From Chrysemys picta bellii (Eukaryota), in contig NC_088799.1 of assembly GCF_011386835.1 (NCBI RefSeq), forward strand, positions 23,312,001-23,376,000: a stretch of 64,000 nt of DNA. The letters are read 5' to 3'. A program made the position numbers and the translations under genes. Positions 50,296 to 60,756 of the stretch are shown piece after piece. Numbering within the stretch: position 1 is the stretch's first letter; each line of letters opens with the position of its first letter. Under the pieces are notes generated by a model that saw only the letters and a list, made by a program, of their open reading frames with translations, was not told the origin of the DNA and made no database searches.

Positions 50296-51554
50296 CACCA
50301 AATGAAATTTGACATCATATTGATATCCACACCACTCATCAGGAGGAATGAAGCCTTTGATTAAATCCACTGCACAGACCTCTGCCATTTGAGCTAATGG
50401 AGTAACTGTTAGCAGTAGTAGATTTCATCCCCCTCTACTGCTCCATATAGAGGATGATGAGACACACTTTGCCAGTGGGTTTCACAGATATTTGCTCACA
50501 GCAGAGGAATGATGAGACTCAGGAACCTTGGGTTCCATTCCAGTCTCTGGGGAGGAGTGTGTTCTAGCTGACACAGACTTCTGCCCATTTCCCCGCCAAG
50601 CTTGACCCCTCTAACCTGTCCCTGGTACCAAACCTGTCTCTCCCCTGTCTCATCCCAGTCCCAGTCTACTCACCTGCCCAGTATGCACTCCTCAAACTTC
50701 TCATTCCACTCCCAATCTCACCCCTTCAGATTCCTCATCCAATTCCCAACCTCTCCCACCAGTTCCAATCTCCTAGCTGACTCTAGCCACTCACTGCAGC
50801 AGAGTCCCCGATCAACTCTTGGATTTCTGCATGGAAAACCGCGGGGTAGGGGCAGAATAAATTCTGCTTCAAAGACTGAATTCCTGATAAATCACTCCTC
50901 TTGCTGATAGTGAGCATTCACAGAGGGACTCAAAGAATGGCAGCATGCCTCCTGTTAGAGCAGTGCTGACAGAAGAGAAGGCAGTCACAAAAAGAGGGAC
51001 AGAGGCCCCACGCCAGACAGCTCCAATGTCTGCAGATCTGAGAGTGTCCTTTTACATGAATCCACTTAATCTGCAGTATTTGGAGACTTCTCCCCCTCCG
51101 CAGCCCACAAAAACTACTCAGAGGGGGAAGATTTCATTTAAAAAAATTTTTGAAGTGAACCTCATAGAACTGTTCCTAAGGAGAAACAGAGGAGGCAACA
51201 ATCTGGACCACTTTTGCCATTATATGACTAACAACCAATGTAAAATGTGTTGGTGGTCTCAGTCCACTTTCCACATTACTACAAGACAAGCACCTACACC
51301 ATAAATACCAACACAGCCACCATAACTGGCAATCTCAGCAAAGATGCCTGAAATGTGGCACTTACATAACATGAACACACACTGCCTCTGGCCATATCAT
51401 ATCACTGTTGTATGGGTATATAAAGAATTTTACTGTACAATTTTGTCAATCTGGCATTTCTCACAAGCACTAAATTTTCAATTGTTAAGAAATTATTTCT
51501 TAGTAAGACAGTGTAAGGAAACAATTTCCATTAATAATATCAACATCTTGCTTT

Positions 51555-51745
51555 TACATAGCATTTTTCAATTTTACATGTCAAAGCGCTTCACAAAGGA
51601 AGTCAGAATCATTATCCCCATTTTATGTATGGGGGGAAATTGAGGCACGGGAAGGGAAGGGACTTGCCCGAGGTCACCCAGCAGGTCAATGGCACAGCCT
51701 GGAATTGAACTCAGGCCTCCTGAGTGCCCATCCAGTGCCCTATGG
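51555..51745 (-). mobile_element. MIR/CORE SINE
   Basis: attatccccatttt...gaaattgaggcac...gacttgcccgaggtcacccagc is the reverse complement of the MIR core. Confidence 0.8.
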
Positions 51746-52791
51746 CCCAGGTAATCTGCCTCTACAAAATGCTTCAGTCAATACTACTATCAATTACATA
51801 AAGTTACAGGTTACTTTCATTCATCTCAATCTCAAACTGCAATTTCTAATATTTCTTATGGGACTTCCTAAAGTAGCTCCACACACCTTGTTTACTCATC
51901 AGATAACACGCCAAAATTCTCTGTGCTATTGCGCTGAACTAGTTTAAAAGTTCTACAAGTACACTTAATATGGAAGCTTATTTATTTTAATGTTAGTTAT
52001 CTACCATTTTACTAGACAGCTAGTGTATTCCAAAATATTTTTCCATAGCTGGAAGATGTAAATAACATCCATAAAAGCACCTAACTTGAACAGAGAATTA
52101 AAATCTCTAAAACACAAGATGTGTAATATTAGCCACAGTGCACAATATAGATGGAAACGGAATCATAAAAGGAAACAGAATGTAGCTATAAATTGTCTTT
52201 CCTATACCAGGTATCTCAAGTCATTTAAAGGGTCTTATCCCACTTTCAGTTAAGAAAATGAGCGTTATGCCACTGATGTCAATGAGAGCAGGATCATATC
52301 CAAAGAAACTAGGGTTGTTTAAAAATAGTAATGAAATTCCTGTGGAGGCAGAGCACCCACTACATGGAACACTCAACAACAGTATCTACATGTTTGAACT
52401 CGAATAGAGCCATGGGAGCTCAGCACTTGTGAAAAATCTATGTCAAGGCATCTCAAGTTGTACATCCAACAACCGAGGAAGTCAAAAATAAAATCAGAGG
52501 CTGCTTTTGAATGTGTTAGTCCAAGTATTTCCCTCTCCCCTGATGACACCTTAAAAGACCCACACAAACAAGATGGGAAACTAACCAACTAGACAGAGGA
52601 AGCAGCAAAACTGACTATATGCTAAGCACTGCCAAATGTACAAACAGGAAAAAATAGAGAACATATTCTAATTTATTTCAGTTATATTGATTTAACGGGT
52701 TACCTGTAACAGTAATAAGTAAAACAAAAATTTCAGTCAAAAGTGTAATCTTTAAATTGATGTGTCCCTTTCCCAACTTGATGATGTGGAC

Positions 52792-53206
52792 CAGGGGTGG
52801 CCAACCTGTGGCTCCGGAGCCACATGAGGCATTTCAGAAGTTAATATGCGGCTCCTTGTATAGGAACGGACTCCGGGGCTGGAGCTACAGGCGCCAACTT
52901 TCCAATGTGCCGGGGGTGCTCGCTGCTCAACCTCTGGTTCTGCCACAGGCCCTGCCCCCATTCCACCCCCTCCTCTGAGCCTGCCATTCCCTCACCCCAC
53001 TCCCACCCCCACCCCCACACCAGCCTCCTGCACAGCACGAAACAGCTGATCAGGAGGCGCTGACTGGCAGGGCTGCCAGTGGGTGGGAGGCACTGGGAGC
53101 AGGGGGTGGGGAGCTGATGTGGGGCTGCTGATTTATTACTGTGGCTCTTTGGCAATATACATTGGTAAATACTGGCTCCTTCTCAGGCTCAGTTTGGCCA
53201 CCCCTG
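52792..53206. mobile_element. hAT MITE
   Basis: TIRs caggggtggccaacct / agtttggccacccctg. Target duplication atgtggac / atgtgaac (7 of 8). Confidence 0.9.
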
Positions 53207-53455
53207 ATGTGAACCAAAATGGATCAACATGAACTAACGTGTGAGCAAATGGAAATATTCAAGGGTGGTAGTGTTGACGTGGTCTGATCAAAAGACAAGA
53301 AGATAAATGCGCCAGCAAAATTTAGACAAAATGGGCCAGCACTTTACAGCAGGATACAACAGGAGCAGGCTCTATTTCCTTACAAAAATTATCCCATTCA
53401 CTGGGACGTAAGTAGGGGTAAAAGATGCGGAGGATACCCTGCTTCCACTTAAGAG

Positions 53456-53597
53456 CATCGGTGCTGGAACTAGGGGTGCTGGGGGTGCCACACACCCCTG
53501 GCTTGAAGTGGATTCCATTATAAACAGGGTTTACACTTGGAATCAATGGCTCTCAGCACCCCTCCCTCCCGCCATACAAACTGTTCCTGCACCCCTG
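53456..53597. mobile_element. hAT MITE
   Basis: TIRs catcggtgctggaac / gttcctgcacccctg (12 of 15 match). Perfect target duplication cttaagag (53448-53455, 53598-53605). Confidence 0.88.
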
Positions 53598-53639
53598 CTT
53601 AAGAGCCCACCTAAGATTGGCAGGAGTCTCCAAAAAGGG

Positions 53640-54100
53640 GGCAAATGACTAGTGCTGGCCTCGCTTCCCCTTGTGGGGCAGGGGCTGAGGAATGGGGGCC
53701 TCCCTCAGGGGCGGGTGACTGGTGCTGGCTTCGCTTCCCCGGGGGTCGGGGGGGGGGGGCGCAGGTGGCCTGGCAGCCCTGGGCGCTGGGGCAGGTCGGC
53801 CCCGTTCCCCAGCCGGCAGGGCCCAGGCCGCGGAGCGCGCAGAGCCCGGCGCTTCCCCTGAGTCACCGTGGAAGCACCAGCCCCCGGCACCGCCGACCCA
53901 GAGAGCGGCGACGAGGCGGCTCCGACCCAGCCACGTTACCTGAATCCCGCCTCCGGCCCAGCGAGCGAGAGCCCGGAAAAGGCCGAGTCTAGGGCCGCCG
54001 GCTCGGCGCGGCTCCCTGGTTTGAGCTCAGCGCCTTCCTGGTGCCGCAGCCAGGCAGGGCCAAGCCATCCCGGAGCTCATCCATTCAGCCAGGCGGGCAG
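53640..54100. promoter_or_regulatory. CpG island, probable RSRC1 promoter
   Basis: An abrupt GC- and CpG-rich block in AT-rich surroundings. It contains the exon 1 donor and a CCGGAA (ETS-type) motif near 53973. Confidence 0.8.
53940..54060 (-). other. RSRC1: Probable RSRC1 non-coding exon 1 (5' end approximate)
   Basis: Strong donor CAG|GTAACG on the minus strand inside the CpG island, with no ATG in the exon. The position fits the known head-to-head RSRC1/SHOX2 layout. Confidence 0.6.
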
Positions 54101-56692
54101 CAGGGCTAGGGAATGCAGAAGACATCGATTAAAGCTTCTGCACTTCTCTCCACTGAGGATAGCAACGATCATCCTAATAATAATCATACAAACAAATTAA
54201 TTAATGAATGTTCAGTGGGCCTGTGCGGGCTTTTTAAAATGCAGCTTAAAGTGGTAAAATTAATGTCCCTTCTTTAGCCAAAAATGCTGGAATAAATCAT
54301 TGGGCTCTGTCTCTATGGGTGCACTATGATTAAAATCGCAATGATTTATTTGCAAATTCCTTTAAAACGCCGTGTTTCTCCTTCCTCTGGAGCTGGTGAT
54401 GGGCTTCTGAGGTTGGGTGCAAATTAGTTTTTCATTTAAGAGACTATTTTGACTCGTGGTGTTTGAGGGAGGAGGCGAAGGGGGCTGTTGGAAGGATGGG
54501 GGGGAGAAATAAAATTTATAGTTTTTCATTTAAGCCAAAAGTAATTAAAGAGGCTCAGTATTTCCTGGAATACATACTACATTGACATATTTTTTTCCCT
54601 GGCAGAGAGATCTATTTCCCCTCTGCCATAAAGGAAAAGCACTTGAAGTGGTGGAGTAAAGTAGCCGCTGTGTGCTTTGGGTCGCTTCTGGGTGGTGGGT
54701 AAGTGGGAGAGGGGGCTGAGTTTTAAAACTGCCTGCTATACACGATCTTCAGTTATTCGCAGACAGCTGAGATTAAATAAAACAGTTCAGTTAATTAGTC
54801 CTGTTAAAAAGATGCCCAAGTCTCCAATTTATAAGGGAAATGTGTTTCAAATGATCCCCTACTTAACTTTTTTTAAAACTTGATTAGATGGCGGGTGGGA
54901 ATTGCAGACTTTGGCTGTATTATAAAAAATACGTTGTTTCTTTTTTCATTGTTTTCTCCCCCACAGAAAGAATACAGAACACACTGAGTACACATATTTG
55001 GGAAGAATAAGGGAGATAAACGCTTTCTATGCGAATAGTTTTTGTAATAATTTAAATATTTGCATAGCACTTTAATATTTGCTTAGCTTGTTTATAATAC
55101 TAACCATCAACTCAAAATTCCTGGCTCAAACATGTAACGTTTTAAATGAACCCTTCAGGCATACATTCATGTACAGACAACTTTGATTTGTCCACATTAT
55201 TTAAAAAAAACACAAATCGTATGTTGTAGACCGAATAGTTGACACTTATTTCACTTTTAAGTTTTGAGACTGTTTGGTATTTAAAATATTCTGAGTTTTA
55301 CTTCAGTTTTATATGTATTTATTAGAATCTGTGTTGCCACGGCGGGAAGTGGAATAAAGTATGTGAAACAAAAAGAAAAGTGTTCCCACGGATTAACATG
55401 TAAAGTTCAGTATTTTGAACGTATTCTCTTTTCGTCTCACTTTGTTATTTTAACAGTGACTTCTTGTAATATTTCTGTAGTTCAGAATAATTGTGAATTC
55501 ATTTAATTGGGCCAGTGATAACAATCTTCCCAAACAATCTCAAAAATCGATAACACATACTGATGTTTCCGTTGCTCCTTTGAAGACCAGTACTTTACAA
55601 TATCAAAACTGTCAGTCTGAACAGACTAACCTAAAAGTACTCTGTATTTCAATAGGCAAAATGATGTCTTGATTAGTTTTGTATTCTAAATGCTAAAACT
55701 TAGTAAAAGTAATTTATTGCCTATTGTATCTAATACACAGATAACTGGATCTGATAAATGCTAATTAAATTATAAATACGGTACCTATTATAGTAAATAA
55801 ACACTCTTATGTAAAGTCGTCTTTCAAGAGGTCAAATGAAAAATCAATACATAAACAAGAGATAAAAAAATTTGAATAATTTATTAGAACTCTACTAAAA
55901 GTGTAAAATAGCTGCATCCTAAATAGCCTGTCAATGAAATTACTATCTAAATAGGATTTAAACAACAATAGCAAAGCAGTATTAGCAATAAATACTGTAA
56001 TACGGTCTAATCTGATCCCTCTATTTGTCATATAAAAATGTTAATGACAGGGTTGCATTTGTCATTCTTAACTACATTTTTTTTATTTTGTGTGTTTCTG
56101 ATAATATTTTAGGACTAACTTTTCAAGCTTTCCTGTCACGTAATGTGTTAATGTTTACATAGAATTATCAAGTACCCTGTAACTTGCACATTTCCATTTG
56201 CTTTACACAAATAATTAAAAAACTAATACTAAATATAGTATTTCTTCACATATTATGAAAAACTAATGAACTAATATTAGCAATATACACTATCCGGGAG
56301 AGTTTTCCCAAAATGTATGTCTATTTTCAGTGTTGACTTAATTACTAAAACAAAACCTGTAAAAGTAACTGTATGTATGTATGTATCTCGTCTCAGTCCT
56401 GTGGGATAAATATAACATATTCGAACTGCAAACAAATTTAGAACAAAAGCATCGGATTCTTAACACAAAAGTAACTAACTGTGTTCCTCTGGGGAGGTTT
56501 GTTGACGCAAATGTAATAATAATGTGATACAAAGAAACAGCATGGGGCAACATTACTTCGTGGGTACAAGAACGTACATTGCGTATCATCCGTTCCAGCT
56601 ACTCAGACACACTTTTAAATTTGGCGTGTCAGTAAACATCTGTTTGGGAAATATCTTGACAAACCAACCGCACAACCTTTCAAATTAACACA

Positions 56693-56694
<2 letters not shown>

Positions 56695-56736
<42 letters not shown>
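56695..56736. repeat. (TC)21 microsatellite
   Basis: Directly visible, about 700 bp upstream of the SHOX2 ATG. Confidence 0.97.
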
Positions 56737-56741
<5 letters not shown>

Positions 56742-57196
56742 CTCTTGTTAATTGTAACCGACCAAAACAGCACTAATCTCTTGGTAGAGCTGTTTCTTCC
56801 CTCGGACAGTAATACCTGCATGGCTAGTACTGTGTGCTGTGTATACACGACATTTGTAGGAAGCGCTCCCCCATTCCTTGTCCTCTCTCCAAGCCGACTT
56901 GTCATTTTTCATTTTGGCCACTCCCCTGCAGATCCTGCCCATCTCCCCTGTGTTTAACTAACTCAGGACACTAGCGCAAGATCCACGCCTAATTAAATTA
57001 ATTAGGGATTCTTGTCAATCCTGGATTAATGGCCGATAGCAAGCCCTGGCCACAATGATCTGAAACCTGGAGGACTAGCGATCTTTCTGCCTCGCTCTTT
57101 CTCCTTGGTGGTGCTGGACTGATACAGGAGAAGCGGGTTCATTCATAGTTCCAAGGGGAGGTAATTTGCTCAGAACAAGGGGCAGGCTTTGCAAAG

Positions 57197-57205
57197 TATA
57201 AATAG
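57197..57205 (+). promoter_or_regulatory. Candidate SHOX2 TATA box
   Basis: TATAAATAG lies 235 bp upstream of the ATG. The start site is inferred, not observed. Confidence 0.4.
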
Positions 57206-57431
57206 TGCGACTTCAATAGCAACATCACTATCAGATCTGAACTCTTAGCAGGAAGAATTGTCAAAGATCTTAACATTTAACAAGATCGCTCCAGTTGGGA
57301 AACATCAGCTCCCATTTAACTCCAGCCCCATTGCAGCTGCCCCCCTCCCCTTCCCACTCCATTGATGTGTTATTGGGGGGTTTGGAACAGTAAGAGGAAG
57401 AAACAAGGGGAAGGAGCCCTGAGAATCGGCG

Positions 57432-57717
57432 ATGGAAGAACTTACAGCTTTTGTCTCCAAGTCGTTTGATCAGAAAGTGAAAGAGAAAAAGGAGCTGATC
57501 ACATACAGGGAGGTTCTGGAGAGTGGACCTGTCAGAGGAGGCAAGGAGTCAGGCGGCTCCAGCGAGCCCAGCCGGGAAGACGTGAGCAGCCCAGCGGTCC
57601 GAGCAGGAGGAGTAGGCGGCGGCGGTGGAGGAGGCGGAGCGCGGTCTCCAGTCAGAGAGCTGGACATGGGCGCCGCCGAGAGAGCCAGGGACACGGGCAC
57701 TCCCAAACTCAGCGAGG
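57432..57717 (+). CDS. SHOX2: SHOX2 exon 1 (short stature homeobox 2)
   Basis: [33 protein letters not shown]...[14 protein letters not shown]...PKLSE. Donor GAGG|gtaaag, phase 1. The KVKEKKE start, Gly tract and later [23 protein letters not shown] match SHOX2 rather than SHOX. Confidence 0.96.
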
Positions 57718-59751
57718 GTAAAGGCAAACCCCATGCACCCCGCGGCCCCCTTCTCTCCCACCCATCCCCCCGGTAACGTGGGACAGGCTAAGGGACTGAG
57801 TTCAATAACCAGACGGTTGTTTGGGGGAGAAACGGGAGGAGGGGAAGGTTTTGTTTTCCCTCAATTTTTGCTCAAAGAACCCCAAATGTAGCTCTCAGTC
57901 TTGCAGGCGCTTGCCTGGCCTGGGCACCGGGCTCTGCAGCGGGGGTGAAAGTTACAGGCGAATGAGTGTGTCCTCCCTGATCAGGGCTCAGAGCTGTAGC
58001 CTCTACCCGGGTGGGAACTGACAACCCAATGTTTAGATTTTGGAAAGAGCCATTGCGTAGAGGACTTTTGTGATTATAGAAACAGCTTTTTCCTGTCTCT
58101 GTCCTTCACTTGATCCATCGGGGGTTGCTTCAGACCAGGCTGACGGTGACTATCAGGCTTTATTTCTCGATGAACTTTTGTTATGGTTTCTCCAACAATG
58201 AGTGTGTAAATCACACCATACAATCGGGTTACTTGTTCTGGCGTATAGGTTAGTAGGCTGCAATGCTAAAACTAATTACATTTTGCAGTACATATTAATA
58301 TATGTTGTATTTGCATAAGACAATGTGGCAGATTTAAACTTGACTGTCACATTAACGATTCCAGGGATTTAAACAATAATACCATTAATTTTGAGAGTCT
58401 GATATACATTAATGGGTGTCTTTCCATGTTTTTCCAATTAAGGAAAATATATGGCATGCCTAGAAGTTTAGATTAAAATATTTAAGCATGCAATTAACTT
58501 GTTTATAACATGATCTGTTCCTGATTAGAACATAACGGGAAGTTATTGTGGTAGGAACCAAAGCTACATTACATATATTAATCCATTTATATTTAAAAAG
58601 CTTAAAAATCCCCATAGTATAGTTGAAAGTTTGAAATGCTGTGAGTATCTATATTAAGTATATTAAATGTTTATACCTTATTGAACAGATATTGATAAGG
58701 ATATATTTTCATGTTAGATTATTTTTAAAACATGCATTAAAACAAGTGGCATTAAATAGGAATGTTTTATACAATGTCGTACATTTATTTTAAAAGACAG
58801 CCAATTGCATAACTGGATATAAATGCTAGGTACAATGAAAATTTGTTTAAAAAACCCTAATAGTTACAATGCAAGCATGTGTTATACCAGGAGACCCTTT
58901 TCTTACACTTTCTGTTTGGATTTATCTGTCTGCCTACATGTGTATGTATATATGCAGAGATAGAGAGACTGAGTGAAGGAAATAATGTTATAAAAAGCAC
59001 AAATGACATACCGTTTGCTTATTCAAAGAGCACTATAGATGTCAGCAACATTTGAATGGCTGCGTTTGGTTTTAAAATGAGGATGTAATATCTAGGGACT
59101 GTTTACTTCAGACCTTTTGTTCAAAGAAGTATTTCTCTCCAGATCGGAACTCGATTGAGAACATCTTCCGGAAATGATTTTATAAACAAATTCTGATAGT
59201 GATTGTAGGGTTATAAAGAGCTGCGAGCGCAGTAAACAAATCCTGGACTTCAGATGCGCAAATAAAACCCCATCCCAAAGCACTGCATCAGGAAGCAGGG
59301 ATTCGGAAGAAGTACAATTACAGACACAACTGGTTGTTAGGAAGCCCTGCAAATATGAATGAACGATACAAATAGCGTCACTCAGTGATATTGTAATTTA
59401 TATGCGTAGCTAAGTGAAAGTGCTGTCACCAGAAAATTAAACAATACCAATAAAAACACCAGGAACCCTCAGCATATGTAAATTCAGAAAAGACAAATGC
59501 ATGTTTTATTAAACACTGGAGGTGCTGAGAGCATGAAAGGCATTAAACAATCCAGAGACAGTCCGGATGCCAGATTTACCATTTAAACCTGTTGCTGTGA
59601 TATTTAAGGTACTAATTCACCAAGAGATCGCAACTTGATTTTTTTTATTTTGATTTTCAATGAATAATGACAGGTAATGGTATGAGGCTTTAAATTTGTA
59701 CCAAGGGTAATTCAAACATGGTGTGTCTCTTGCCACTGTCCGACGACAGCC

Positions 59752-59795
59752 AGGCATCTGAGGAAGTGGGTTCTAGCCCAGGAAAGCTTATGCCT
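59752..59795 (+). ncRNA. Minimal type I hammerhead ribozyme motif
   Basis: AGGCAT-CTGAGGA-A-GTGGG TTCTAG CCCAG-GAAA-GCTT-ATGCCT. Helix I is a perfect 6 bp and the boxes are intact, but the first helix II pair is G-G. Confidence 0.55.
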
Positions 59796-59878
59796 AAATA
59801 AATCTGTTAGTCTCTAAGGTGCCACAAGGACTCCTCGGTGTTTTTGCTGATACAGACTAACACGGCTACCACTCTAAA
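59752..59878 (+). mobile_element. Penelope-like terminal-repeat fragment (different subfamily) in SHOX2 intron 1
   Basis: ctgttagtctctaaggtgccacaaggactcc...tacagactaacacggctaccactct is a variant of the repeat at 4.0, 23.5 and 48.4 kb. Confidence 0.85.
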
Positions 59879-60547
59879 GACTGGCAAGAGGTTCCCACAA
59901 AATGACACTGAAGTTAATAGGGCCGACCTTAACTCGGCCTCAGTTCCTGAGCGGGGCAATGTTATATTTTGGTGGGCATGGCATTTCCCTGCTATTTGTC
60001 TCCTGCGTGCGCCTCGATGGGTCTAGATTAAAATAATGATTCGCAAATAAAGCCAGCAAGTTTGCAGAGGGAGAGAGAGATTGCTTGACAGCTCTGATGG
60101 TTTAAAAGGGTCACAGTTTGACTCTGCAATGATTTACTGAAATTATGCTGAGGGGCTCGAAAATGTAGATGTAAATCAATGGCCTGGTTTGGCTCACCCA
60201 CACAGGTCAATCCTTAATCTAAATACATTTGGAAATAAGGCCTTTGCGTGAAAAGTGTTTTGTTGTCGCCTTTTCTGCCAGAGGACCAGCAATGCTAATA
60301 GGAAACCCAGCGCTGACCCAAAATCTCACTCCGAATGAAAACAAATATTCTTTTAAAATGTAGCTGGCCATAATCTGTTTTGAGACGTGATCTTTAGCAT
60401 TTCCATTGACTCTGCTCTCCTTTCTTTTCCTCAAGCCACGCACATTTTCCTCCTAAAGTTAAGAATAAAAACTGGAGTGGCCAAATCCCACGCCCGCGCT
60501 GGCAATTCCGGTGAAGGGTTGGTCTGATTGTTTTGTTTCACGCTCAG

Positions 60548-60756
60548 TCTCCCCAGAGCTGAAGGATCGCAAAGAGGATGCGAAAGTGATGGAGGACGAA
60601 GGGCAGACTAAAATCAAGCAGAGGAGAAGCCGGACCAATTTCACTCTGGAGCAGCTGAACGAGCTGGAGAGGCTTTTCGATGAGACCCACTATCCGGACG
60701 CCTTCATGCGAGAGGAGCTGAGCCAGAGACTGGGACTGTCGGAGGCCAGAGTGCAG
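60548..60756 (+). CDS. SHOX2: SHOX2 exon 2 (homeodomain, first part), 209 bp
   Basis: [13 protein letters not shown]...[47 protein letters not shown]. Acceptor cgctcag|, donor CAG|gtaggg. Confidence 0.98.

Noticed and set aside
53645-54200. Several 60-115 aa ORFs over the CpG island
   Set aside because: Expected in GC-rich sequence with few stops; no recognisable protein.
57771-57782. GGTAACGTGG matches the RSRC1 exon 1 donor sequence on the other strand
   Set aside because: A 10-bp match that is mostly splice consensus; chance is sufficient.
57470-57891. Antisense and alternative-frame ORFs over SHOX2 exon 1
   Set aside because: Shadows of the GC-rich real exon.
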